From contig CACLXS010000002.1 of the NCBI GenBank assembly GCA_902610905.1, forward strand, positions 39,808 to 103,807: a DNA stretch of 64,000 nt. The letters run 5' to 3'. The notes under the pieces were generated by a model. The model ran no database searches and was not told where the DNA came from. It saw nothing but the letters and a program-made list of their open reading frames with translations. This DNA comes from an uncultured SAR86 cluster bacterium (GTDB lineage: Bacteria; Pseudomonadota; Gammaproteobacteria; Magnimaribacterales; D2472). Made by a program: the position numbers and the translations under genes. How positions within the stretch are numbered: the stretch's first letter is position 1; every line of letters starts with the position of its first letter. Shown here in pieces: positions 1-8,855 of the stretch.

Positions 1-1245
1 ATATCTGTACGAATAAGTTTGATAATTTCCAGCTGCATGTAAAGAAGATAAAGGCTCAATAACACCCCTTAATTGCCAAGCGGCACTTCTGAAATAATTA
101 AAGGCTTCGAAAGATTCTTCATCTTTTAGTTTTACACGAGGAATTCCAAAAATTGAACCTATGATTGAAAAGTCAACTTCAACAAAATACTCCGCCAGTC
201 CTATCCAAAGTTTCACCTCATCTCTATTTGAACCAGCTATTAAAGGCACATTATTTAACATATCTTTTGTACCTAATGCTTTCTTTAAACCAATTGTAGG
301 AATTACAATTCCATCATTGGTTAACAAAGGAATTTCTGAATTATATTTACCTAAATAACTTCTAAAAAAATCATATGCTGAAAGATCTTTTAAAAAGGAG
401 TAAATATCCTTACCTTCATAGTTTATTTTAAGCAATTCATTTACAGTAAATTCACTTGTATGAGTATAAGTTGTCTTTGAATCTTGTTTATAAGCACTCA
501 CTAAATCTACAGATGTGGTATATCCAGATTGGCTAATAGCTTTATGAAATAAACCTCTTGCTTGGGGTGCAACAAGAAGAGATAAAACATTATGTCCGCC
601 AGCTGACTCACCAAATATAGTTATGTTTGACGGATCTCCTCCAAAAAGAATAATATTTTTATTTACCCACTCTAGTGCTTTGATTATATCAAGTGTTCCA
701 AAATTTGATGTCTTATCAAGGCCATTTTGTTTATTTTGTATAGATGGATGAGTAAACCAACCAAAAGGCCCTAATCTATAGTTGATAGAAACTATAATTA
801 CATCATGTTTTTTGACCATGGTAGAAAAGTCATAAATATCTTTTAGTCCTGATATATTTCCACCACCATGAATCCAAAACATGACTGGTAATAATTTTTC
901 AGATTTTTTAGTTGGTGCTTTTATATCTAAATATAGACAATCTTCAGTACCTACAATTTCATCATTACCTTCAGCTCCGCCCAATGTAGAAGGCTCTTGA
1001 ACACAAAAATTATCATTTTTAGGTCTAATCACATTTCTTTCATTTTTAAAATCTCTTGGTGCCTTCCATCTTAATTCACCAACAGGCGGTTCTGCATATG
1101 GTATATCATCCCAGGAAATCACTTTATTAGTGATTGAACCTACTGCACTTCCTGATGATGTATATATTTCTAAATTGTCATTTGAAAATAAATCAGCAGG
1201 CATTAAAAAAATAGCAAAAAATGAAAGTTTGTATTTTATTTGCAT
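1..1245 (-). CDS. Type-B carboxylesterase/lipase family protein, probably secreted; partial, C-terminus lies beyond the window start
   Basis: Absent from the supplied ORF track because it is open at the window edge. My translation from ATG 1245 gives MQIKYKLSFFAIFLMPADLFS (signal-like), then PYAEPPVGELRW, EDCLYLDI, FWIHGGG and the nucleophile elbow GESAGG, all hallmarks of PnbA-like type-B esterases. The frame stays open for 415 codons to base 1. Confidence 0.85.
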   Translation of the reverse strand, partial: MQIKYKLSFFAIFLMPADLFSNDNLEIYTSSGSAVGSITNKVISWDDIPYAEPPVGELRWKAPRDFKNERNVIRPKNDNFCVQEPSTLGGAEGNDEIVGTEDCLYLDIKAPTKKSEKLLPVMFWIHGGGNISGLKDIYDFSTMVKKHDVIIVSINYRLGPFGWFTHPSIQNKQNGLDKTSNFGTLDIIKALEWVNKNIILFGGDPSNITIFGESAGGHNVLSLLVAPQARGLFHKAISQSGYTTSVDLVSAYKQDSKTTYTHTSEFTVNELLKINYEGKDIYSFLKDLSAYDFFRSYLGKYNSEIPLLTNDGIVIPTIGLKKALGTKDMLNNVPLIAGSNRDEVKLWIGLAEYFVEVDFSIIGSIFGIPRVKLKDEESFEAFNYFRSAAWQLRGVIEPLSSLHAAGNYQTYSYRY

Positions 1246-1294
1246 AAGTGTTTATTATTAATTATATATAATTATAGTCAAAGTATTTAATAAT

Positions 1295-1371
1295 CGGGAT
1301 GTAGCGCAGCCTGGTAGCGCACTACACTGGGGGTGTAGTGGTCGTCGGTTCAAATCCGGCCATCCCGACCA
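1295..1371 (+). tRNA. tRNA-Pro (anticodon GGG), CCA encoded
   Basis: A 77-nt cloverleaf. Acceptor CGGGATG/CATCCCG, D arm GCGC-AGCCTGGTA-GCGC, anticodon stem CTACA/TGTAG with loop CTGGGGG, T arm GTCGG-TTCAAAT-CCGGC, then discriminator A and CCA. Confidence 0.9.
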
Positions 1372-1376
1372 AATAT

Positions 1377-1649
1377 TTAGTTCAAAAAAGATTTAATCTT
1401 ATTTGATGCTTTAAATGTAAGTTTTTTTCGAGCTCTGATCTCATACTCTTTTTTTGTTTTTGGATTTCTACCAATTCTTCTTGGAGTATTTATTAATAAG
1501 AAAGATCCAAATTTAGCAAGCTTAATATTTTTATTTTTATGTTTTTTTAAAATACAAAGAAAAGAATCTAGAATCTTTAAGCTATCCTTAGAAGAAATTA
1601 GGGTCTTGGAGGAGATATTGTTAACAATATCTTTCTTACCAAGACCCAC
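1377..1649 (-). CDS. ihfA: HU/IHF-family DNA-binding protein, probably integration host factor alpha
   Basis: 90 aa with the IHF/HU beta-arm signature KFGSF...[25 protein letters not shown]. It lies downstream of the pheST operon and beside tRNA-Pro, as ihfA does in Pseudomonas-type genomes. The alpha assignment rests on context only. Confidence 0.65.
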   Translation of the reverse strand: MGLGKKDIVNNISSKTLISSKDSLKILDSFLCILKKHKNKNIKLAKFGSFLLINTPRRIGRNPKTKKEYEIRARKKLTFKASNKIKSFLN

Positions 1650-1666
1650 GTTTTATCTAAGTTCTA

Positions 1667-2950
1667 TTAAGTACCAGTTCCTGTGGCAGTTCCTGTGCCA
1701 GTTCCTGTTCCTGTGCCAGTTCCTGTACCAGTTCCTGTTCCTGTGCCAGTTCCTGTACCAGTTCCTGTTCCTGTTTCTGTGCTTGTATTTGTTGCTGTTC
1801 CGGTCTCATTATTATCATCAAGACCACCAACATCTCTAATGCTTACTGTGATTAATTGTGTAGCAGCATTTGAGCTAGAGTCTGTAGCAGTAACTGTAGC
1901 TGTTATATCATATGTACTTCCATCGTAAGGAAGTGTCACAGGATTGTCAGACTGAGCTTCATAATCAGATGCAGCTAAATCTATAGTTAATACACCTGCT
2001 GATGTTATAGAAAGAGCATCTGAAACTATAGAGAAAGTTACAGCTTGGATATCTGTAGCTGTTACTGTTCCAACGTCTGTGTCACCCTCATCAATTACAA
2101 ATGTTGAAGAAGACGTGAATACCGGAACTGTTGTATCAACAACGTTAACAGTTCTTGTTTCTGTACCAGCATTACCAGAGGCATCTGTAGATGTGTAGGT
2201 AATTGTATAAGTTCCGAGTGTATCTGCATCAACTGTATCGCCGCTTGTAACAACAGTTACATCACCAGAAGCATCAGTAGCAGTTGCTCCTGCATCAGTG
2301 TATGAAGTTCCAAGCTCTACTGTGGCTGGATTATTACCTGTGACTGTTAAGACGGGAGCTGTGGTATCAACAACGTTAACAGTTCTTGTTGCAGTTGCTG
2401 TATTACCATCTAAATCTGATGATGAATATGTAATGGTGTAAGTACCTACAGTATTCGCATCAACCGAACCACTAGAAGCAACATTAGTGCTACCACGATA
2501 AGCATCCATAGCAGTTGCACCTGCATCTACATAAGTTGTTCCAAGCTCTACTGTAGCTGGATTATCACCAAGTATGGTTATGACCGGAGGAGCACCATCA
2601 ACAAAACTATCATTAGTTAGAGCTGAAACAGCACCAACGGCAACCATAGCAGCTAGAACCTTTTGTATCGCAGATAATTCAGCAGTGATCTCAGCTATAC
2701 GTGTTCTTAGGGCTTTATTTGAAGATGGGCTTTGTGTATTTTCAGCACTTTGCTCAGCAACCATTAATTCTTTTTCTAATGAAGACTTTGCAGAAACAAG
2801 CTCTCTGTAATTCATAGAGCTCACTCTTTCATTAATAGTGTTAATAGATTGTTCAGTTAAAAAATCATCAGCTGCTGTAACAGGCGTCATAAAAAGCAAA
2901 AGGGCAATTGACGCAAGCAAAATGGTTTTTATATTTTTATAAAATTTCAT
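1667..2950 (-). CDS. Secreted surface/adhesin-like protein: signal peptide, coiled-coil-like segment, two tandem bacterial Ig-like (DUF5011/HYR-type) repeats, one cadherin-like repeat and a C-terminal (Thr-Gly)n tail
   Basis: The ORF track starts at 2971. I prefer Met8 (ATG 2950) because GGAGAC lies 8 nt upstream and the sequence MKFYKNIKTILLASIALLLFMTPVTA looks like a signal peptide. Repeats at track aa 127-204 and 205-281 both contain NPATVELGT.Y.DAGATA.D...GTYTITY...RTVNVVDTT. Residues 282-381 look cadherin-like (DYE, TATD, VSIRDV). Residues 400-434 are TGTG... Confidence 0.7.
   Translation of the reverse strand: MKFYKNIKTILLASIALLLFMTPVTAADDFLTEQSINTINERVSSMNYRELVSAKSSLEKELMVAEQSAENTQSPSSNKALRTRIAEITAELSAIQKVLAAMVAVGAVSALTNDSFVDGAPPVITILGDNPATVELGTTYVDAGATAMDAYRGSTNVASSGSVDANTVGTYTITYSSSDLDGNTATATRTVNVVDTTAPVLTVTGNNPATVELGTSYTDAGATATDASGDVTVVTSGDTVDADTLGTYTITYTSTDASGNAGTETRTVNVVDTTVPVFTSSSTFVIDEGDTDVGTVTATDIQAVTFSIVSDALSITSAGVLTIDLAASDYEAQSDNPVTLPYDGSTYDITATVTATDSSSNAATQLITVSIRDVGGLDDNNETGTATNTSTETGTGTGTGTGTGTGTGTGTGTGTGTGTGTATGTGT
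1670..1804. repeat. In-frame tandem repeat encoding the (Thr-Gly)n tail; includes two perfect 30-bp copies
   Basis: The unit ccagttcctgttcctgtgccagttcctgta occurs at 1698-1727 and again identically at 1728-1757, with partial copies on both sides. Positions 1670-1774 encode 35 residues of T/G with one A. Positions 1775-1804 are a degenerate extension (ETSTNTATGT). Confidence 0.95.
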
Positions 2951-3115
2951 TATTGTTGTCTCCATCTCCAATATGTAAATATACTAAGTTGCATATTTTA
3001 GTCTAATGCGAACTATATTGACACTTTTTTTTGTAAAAATAAAGATTTTTAAGTTTATTTTTAAAACATAATTGTTACATTATTGTTAAATATGTTCATC
3101 AACCAATGTTCTACA

Positions 3116-5059
3116 TTAATCTAAAGGTCTAAACCTTACTAACAAGTCATGTAAAGAATTTCGCCGAATTAGTTTTGCTCCTGGATCTTTTGTTAAAGGT
3201 CTCCATGTATAGTTTATGAAATTTCCGTATATAGGAATATTAAAAAAGATCCCTTTATCAAAACTACCTTCGCCAAAATCTTCTGTTGATACATCGGTGA
3301 AGGTAGCAAAAACACCAAAACTAACGCCACTTTTAAACCTTCTTGAGAATTCGATAGTAGACCCTTTATCTCCCGCTAAGTACTCACCAAAAGATAATTT
3401 CATGTCGAAAGGTATTAAGCCATAATTTCTATAGTATAAATTGGCACTATATGTTGTATTTTTATAATCTAAATGACCAAGACCCCAATCATAATCTCTT
3501 TTTTTAACATGAAATACCTCAAATCCAAGCGAGTAGTTAGTATTTGGTTTAAAATAGAGATATTCAGCGCCATAGCCAGAAAACATATCTTCAAGAATAC
3601 CTCCAGTAACCATAAAGTGATTATATTGATTATGTGAATAATGATAATCTAATTGGGCGCGACCAATTAAAACTCCATCGTCCATATTTTTTAAATACTG
3701 CTTAATATCTGAGCGAACTTGTTCTGGAAAAGTATCAACTGGTGGAAATCTGAGATCTTCGAAATTATTTGCAAGACTGTATTTGAGGTTTACATTAAAA
3801 AATAAGTTTTCTTTTAAGATAATTTCAGAATTATTTTCTATTAAAAAAGCTCCTTTAAAAAACTCTTCCCTTGAAGCAAGAAAAGGTTGAAATCTTAGAC
3901 CAGTATTTGTATTAAACGCTCTTTTTGTTTCTCTTTCGTATATTATTTTTGCCCTTCTCTCAAATGATTCGTCAATTTCATTAATAGCATCTAAATCAGC
4001 TATTTTTATATCTTTCTTAATATCTTTGTTAATGCCTGATTCTCTTCCAGCCTCTTTGATGATTTGCTCAACTAATGCAATATCTGAGTGAATGAATTGA
4101 GTTAGCTCAAGACCTAATGATCTTGAGGTTTCAGTAATTTTATTAACACCTATTCCATTTTCTTCTAGATTTTTTATAAGTTTTGTATAGCTATCATCAT
4201 TGGTATTTATTTTAGCTACTCTATATTCATATTTTTTCCTAGATGCTTTGGGGTTATTTTTGTAATTAACTCTTAACGAGAAATAACTGCCACGCTCATA
4301 AGACAACCCGATATTAAAATTATTGTTAATTTTATAATTTAGGCCATAAGAGTATTGATGCTCTTTGTCTGGGTATGGCATTTTTGGTCCATTGATTTTA
4401 GTAGGATCCTTTTCAAAGTTTAAAAATAAATTATTATTATACTTATAAGAAATCCCATAAAAATGTGAAGCCCTAGATCCTGAAAAATATTGGTCAGGAT
4501 TAAAACTACCTCCTTGATTAGTAGCTTTTACAGGTCTGTTGTTAAAACTATCAGATAGGTAACTTAAAGGGTTTTTAAGGTTTGGATCGCCACTTAACTG
4601 GCCCCAACCCATACCAACATGAAAGTCCACATTGTTTATACCATAGCTTGAAACTATGTATTCGGAGCTATAAAAACCAGTTCCAGCAAAATCATTTAAT
4701 CCAATAGCAATAGCTGGTAGATAACCTTCTTCTTTTAATCTAATTTTGAAGTTAAAACCTTTATCTTTGTAGTCTTGATATTCAAAACCTGGATATGGCC
4801 TGCCTTGTATATTTGTATAAAAAAAGGAGGCCTCAAACCAATCATAAGGATGTGAGGTTAAAGTAATTTTTTGATCTGGAGTTCCATCATATACTGTTAC
4901 ACCATGAACTTCTTCATCAAAAAATCTTGCTGTCGGAATATTTATAAGGCCTACTGACCCATGATTATTATAGAAGTTATTATCAAAACTATCTGAGCAA
5001 ACATAAGTGATTAAAAATAAGGGAATTAAAGACTTAAAAAAATTAACTTTGCTTTTCAT
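3116..5059 (-). CDS. yjbH: YjbH-family outer-membrane exopolysaccharide protein (GfcD/YjbH-like beta-barrel)
   Basis: 647 aa with a signal peptide. The N-terminus GSVGLINIPTARF...YKDKGFNFKIRLKEEGYLPAIAIGLNDFAGTGFYSSEYIV aligns with my remembered E. coli YjbH (GGVGLLQTPTARM...YKDKAFDLKLRLWEES..GARDIGGTGLFDAEYLV). The C-terminus GEYLAGDKGSTIEFSRRFKSGV...DFGEGSFDKG...WRPLTKD also aligns. Confidence 0.85.
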   Translation of the reverse strand: MKSKVNFFKSLIPLFLITYVCSDSFDNNFYNNHGSVGLINIPTARFFDEEVHGVTVYDGTPDQKITLTSHPYDWFEASFFYTNIQGRPYPGFEYQDYKDKGFNFKIRLKEEGYLPAIAIGLNDFAGTGFYSSEYIVSSYGINNVDFHVGMGWGQLSGDPNLKNPLSYLSDSFNNRPVKATNQGGSFNPDQYFSGSRASHFYGISYKYNNNLFLNFEKDPTKINGPKMPYPDKEHQYSYGLNYKINNNFNIGLSYERGSYFSLRVNYKNNPKASRKKYEYRVAKINTNDDSYTKLIKNLEENGIGVNKITETSRSLGLELTQFIHSDIALVEQIIKEAGRESGINKDIKKDIKIADLDAINEIDESFERRAKIIYERETKRAFNTNTGLRFQPFLASREEFFKGAFLIENNSEIILKENLFFNVNLKYSLANNFEDLRFPPVDTFPEQVRSDIKQYLKNMDDGVLIGRAQLDYHYSHNQYNHFMVTGGILEDMFSGYGAEYLYFKPNTNYSLGFEVFHVKKRDYDWGLGHLDYKNTTYSANLYYRNYGLIPFDMKLSFGEYLAGDKGSTIEFSRRFKSGVSFGVFATFTDVSTEDFGEGSFDKGIFFNIPIYGNFINYTWRPLTKDPGAKLIRRNSLHDLLVRFRPLD

Positions 5060-5068
5060 TCATCTTAA

Positions 5069-6889
5069 TTAATTATTATTAATAGATGATAGAGATGCCA
5101 AAGCTATTCCTAAGTTACCCAAGATGGATACATATGCTTGAGCAGCAAGCCTTCTTGGAGTTGATTCATCTAACTCTCTAGGAACAAAAATTATTGAACC
5201 AGGCTTAATAACAATTGTGCTTTTAGGAGAGCTTTCAAAAATATTTCTTTTTGCAGAATATAACTGTGATTCACCATTTGGATAAAGTATATAAATTGAT
5301 TTTTTATCGGCAAATCGCTTATAACCTCCAGATTTTTCAACAAAATAATCTACGCTTTTATCTTCAGAATACATGACAGCACCCTCTGATGAAGTCTCTC
5401 CATAAACATAGACAACATTATTAATTTCAGGAATAAATAAATGATCACTTTCATTAACAGAATATGTGTTGATCAAATCTTCATCTTCTAAATCAATTAT
5501 CACTCTTCCGTTAATATCGCTGTCTTTAATCTCCTTTGTTAGCTGAACTATTGGTGTTAAATCAAAATTTTCACCAATGTTCTGTTGGCTTACAGCAATT
5601 ATATTATCTAAAAATTCTTGATATAAAATATCATTAGCTTTTTCATTTATTTTTTTTGCATCCTCATTTATGTAGATCGCCCCATACAGATAAGCATTAT
5701 TTGTATAACCTCCTGCTTTATCAATAAGATCATTGATATTTTCATTAGCAGACATGGTGTAGGTTCCAGGCTTCAAAACAGCGCCTGAAATTTTTGCTTC
5801 TCTGTAAGGATGTTCTCTGATATAAATTAGATCACCATCCAATGCGGTAATGGTTTTAAACTGGGATTTATTTACTATCGGCACAGTATTTAGTGCTCCA
5901 TCAAGAATTCTTTCAAGAGAAACGTTTTGAAGGTCAGCAGTTCGCTTAATACCGTTTGCAAATTTAATTACGCTATCAAGATTTTGCCCATCAAGAACTT
6001 CATATTTTGCTGGTCTGTATACGGCGCCATCAATCGCAACTATAGACTTTCTAGCTTCAACAAAAACCACGTCTCCAGATCTTAACCTTTTTGATATATT
6101 ATATTGACCATTAATTAAAAGATCATAAACATCTAAAGATTCTATGACCTTATTATTTCTAATAAGATTGATTTCTCTGTATGATCCAAACTTGCTCACT
6201 CCACCGGCAGCTGTTATTGCATGAAGAATATTAGAGTTACCTGTGAAAGTATAGATACCGGGATTTTTTGCATTGCCAGTAACCAATACATTCACATCCC
6301 TTATTTCACTTAAACTGATAAAAGCATCTGTTCCAATATATGCAGAATTTATCTTCGATTTTACTAATGACGAGGCTTCCCCCAAAGACATTCCAGCTAT
6401 AGAAACTTTGCCAATATCCTCAAGAGAAATAGACCCACTCCCATCAATAATAAAATCATCAATAGTATCTTTTTGACCAACCATTTGAATATTTAAGACA
6501 TCACCAGTATCGAGGTAATAATCTGAACCAGGATTTGGTTCATTTGTTGGCATAAAAGAAGTTTGAAATGTATTAAAAAAATCACTCCCAAAAAGCTTTA
6601 AACCATCATCAATTATCAAGCCATCATCAAGTTTTAATCTTCTTTCAAGCTCTAATAAATCAAGTTCTAATCTTTCTTTAAGATCTATAAGCTCTTCTGC
6701 TTGATTAAGCTTAGATGAATAAAGATAAGGTTTATAATTTTCCTTAGCATTAAGGCCTTGTTTGGCATTCTTTTCCACTAAATCTTTTTTGATATCATCA
6801 GGTAAGCTATCTAAAAAATTTGGGTCTAGCTCTTGACCGTTAAAGGTCATTGTAAAAAGAGTGAGTATTAACAGAATCTTATTTTTCAT
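5069..6889 (-). CDS. Outer-membrane polysaccharide export protein (OPX; Wza/KpsD-like, Poly_export plus several SLBB domains)
   Basis: 606 aa with a signal peptide but no lipobox Cys. It has an FGSDFF...P..DYYLDTGDVLNI Poly_export-type N-terminal domain. Repeated beta-grasp segments follow (G.V..PG.Y....N..I.D.I..AGG). The C-terminal hydrophobic helix AAQAYVSILGNLGIALASL resembles the Wza pore helix. Confidence 0.75.
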   Translation of the reverse strand: MKNKILLILTLFTMTFNGQELDPNFLDSLPDDIKKDLVEKNAKQGLNAKENYKPYLYSSKLNQAEELIDLKERLELDLLELERRLKLDDGLIIDDGLKLFGSDFFNTFQTSFMPTNEPNPGSDYYLDTGDVLNIQMVGQKDTIDDFIIDGSGSISLEDIGKVSIAGMSLGEASSLVKSKINSAYIGTDAFISLSEIRDVNVLVTGNAKNPGIYTFTGNSNILHAITAAGGVSKFGSYREINLIRNNKVIESLDVYDLLINGQYNISKRLRSGDVVFVEARKSIVAIDGAVYRPAKYEVLDGQNLDSVIKFANGIKRTADLQNVSLERILDGALNTVPIVNKSQFKTITALDGDLIYIREHPYREAKISGAVLKPGTYTMSANENINDLIDKAGGYTNNAYLYGAIYINEDAKKINEKANDILYQEFLDNIIAVSQQNIGENFDLTPIVQLTKEIKDSDINGRVIIDLEDEDLINTYSVNESDHLFIPEINNVVYVYGETSSEGAVMYSEDKSVDYFVEKSGGYKRFADKKSIYILYPNGESQLYSAKRNIFESSPKSTIVIKPGSIIFVPRELDESTPRRLAAQAYVSILGNLGIALASLSSINNN

Positions 6890-6923
6890 GTGTCAATTAT
6901 ACCTACAATTTTGATTGATAATT

Positions 6924-8855
6924 TTAGTGATTTTCTTTATGCATACCAGGAATTGTCACACCCTTAATAGAATTAGTATATGTTATTATGTCTTTTATAA
7001 CATTATTTATTTCGTAATCTGTGATAGTTGCCTGATGCGATTGGAAAATAATTCTAAAGCCAATCTTAATTTCATTATTTTTTTTATTATTATAAAAATC
7101 GAATATAAATATTTCTTTTATCAAATTGCTCTTGTAAGATAAAAAATATTCTTGAACTTCATGGAATTTATCTGTATTTTTTATTGAAAAGGATAGGTCT
7201 CTTGAAGACGATGGATATTCTGAAACTGGACTATATTTGATGAAATCATTTTCTCTAGGTAGTTTTTTTTGATTGCTCTCTAATTCTGAACTTAAATCAT
7301 TTAATGAATTAAGTTCTAATTCAAGGTAGACAATCTCGTTTTTTAACTTTGTATTGAGGCTATTTCTATCAATATTAATTGGATTAATGCTTGTTTTGGG
7401 AGATAGCTTTTTCATAAGGTTTCGAATAAATTTAGTATTAATCTTTTTTGAGAAATCCAAATAATTTTTACCAACTCTGCCACTGCAAATTATTCCAAGA
7501 ACTTTTTTATTTTTTAAATTACTATAAGTAGAATAAACATCAGAAATTTCAAATAATTTAATAGAATCCTGCTGCCTCCTTTCGTTATATAAAAGATTTT
7601 CTACCAAAGAATTTTCTAGATTTGTCCTAATAAATTGTCTATTGGAATCAAGAGGATTGTCCACTTTAAATGCATTATCTCTTTCAATATTTACAAATGG
7701 ATTGTTTATTACCTCAAAAAAACCATTCTTTATTAAAAAATCTTTCACATTTTGTTCAAGTATTTTTATATCAGTAACTGCATTTGCAGGAGGCAGTTGA
7801 AAAGATGTGGCTGGAATATTGTTATACCCTATAACTCTTGCAATTTCTTCAGCTATATCATTTAAATTTTTTATATCATTTCTGTATGAAGGTACGATAA
7901 TTGTGTTATCTACAATGTTAAAACCTAACTTAAGTAAATACTCTTCAAAGACCTTTTTATCATTAGAAATACCTAAAATATCACTTATTTTATTTGCATC
8001 GAAGGGTATTTTAAAATGAGTATAGTCAACGAAAGTATCCTTGTATATTTCTACATTTTTTATATTTACATGATCAGAAACTATCTGAATAAATCTTCTT
8101 AGAACCTCTTCATGACAAAGTGGATCGATACCTCTTTCAAATTTGTGAGCAGCATCTGACTTGATATCATATTTAACAGATTTACCTATAATTTCTTCAG
8201 GATTAAAATGAGCGCATTCGATAATAACTGATTTCGTATTAGTTGAGCATGAGGTGCTTTTACCTCCCATGACTCCAGCAAGATTTATTACATTTCCATC
8301 CTCTAAAAATACAAGATTCCTGCCTTTTATAACTACCTCTTTTTCTAGCAAAGTATGAAACTTTTTGTCTTCTTCTATGATTTCTAATGAAAACAAATTA
8401 CTAATTTTTTTTGCATCATAGCAATGAGTTGGTTGACCCATCTCATATGAAATATAGTTAGAGATATCCGTAAAGAAATTATTTTTATTAATACTTAAAT
8501 CTTTAAAATATTCTTTAAGTTTTCCTCTATATGCAGCTATTTCACCTTCTATTTCTATTTTTAAAAATGAAATATGGGAACATGCTTCTGGAGCATGATT
8601 AACAAAACCTAGTTCTAATTCTTTTAATTCCTTTTCATAAATATCACTAGTTAAATCTATTTCATAAAAAGGGGCTAGATCTCTAACCAAACCATGGACG
8701 GATAAACAATCTCCTCTGTTTGGGGTAAGTTCCATGTTAAAAATTTCATCTTCTATTTCATGCTCATGTCCAAGCTGAAAAAATCTCTCAGAGATCTCAT
8801 CAATATTAGGTTTAGATGGGATGCAGCTTATTAAGTGTTTATATGCAACTTTCAT
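6924..8855 (-). CDS. pheT: Phenylalanine--tRNA ligase beta subunit, short form lacking the OB-fold tRNA-binding (B2) domain
   Basis: 643 aa. The N-terminal B1 segment runs directly into ELTPNRGDCLS. B3/4 (GVMGG..S), B5, the catalytic-like B6/7 and the C-terminal FDX-ACB-like domain are all present. It overlaps pheS by 4 nt. Confidence 0.9.
   Translation of the reverse strand: MKVAYKHLISCIPSKPNIDEISERFFQLGHEHEIEDEIFNMELTPNRGDCLSVHGLVRDLAPFYEIDLTSDIYEKELKELELGFVNHAPEACSHISFLKIEIEGEIAAYRGKLKEYFKDLSINKNNFFTDISNYISYEMGQPTHCYDAKKISNLFSLEIIEEDKKFHTLLEKEVVIKGRNLVFLEDGNVINLAGVMGGKSTSCSTNTKSVIIECAHFNPEEIIGKSVKYDIKSDAAHKFERGIDPLCHEEVLRRFIQIVSDHVNIKNVEIYKDTFVDYTHFKIPFDANKISDILGISNDKKVFEEYLLKLGFNIVDNTIIVPSYRNDIKNLNDIAEEIARVIGYNNIPATSFQLPPANAVTDIKILEQNVKDFLIKNGFFEVINNPFVNIERDNAFKVDNPLDSNRQFIRTNLENSLVENLLYNERRQQDSIKLFEISDVYSTYSNLKNKKVLGIICSGRVGKNYLDFSKKINTKFIRNLMKKLSPKTSINPINIDRNSLNTKLKNEIVYLELELNSLNDLSSELESNQKKLPRENDFIKYSPVSEYPSSSRDLSFSIKNTDKFHEVQEYFLSYKSNLIKEIFIFDFYNNKKNNEIKIGFRIIFQSHQATITDYEINNVIKDIITYTNSIKGVTIPGMHKENH

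Noticed and set aside
1670-1804. Whether the 30-bp tandem repeats here, or the 9-bp repeats at 27513-27548, form a CRISPR array.
   Set aside because: The repeats are directly adjacent with no unique spacers. One set lies in-frame inside a CDS and the other is 9 bp of pure A/T. There are no cas genes in the window.
1606-1928. Plus-strand ORFs 1606..1839 (Leu/Phe/Gln-rich) and 1683..1928 (poly Pro-Val).
   Set aside because: They are mirror-image readings of the (Thr-Gly)n repeat on the minus strand. They lie antisense to a well-supported secreted-protein gene and to the IHF-like gene start. They are low-complexity, with no start context.
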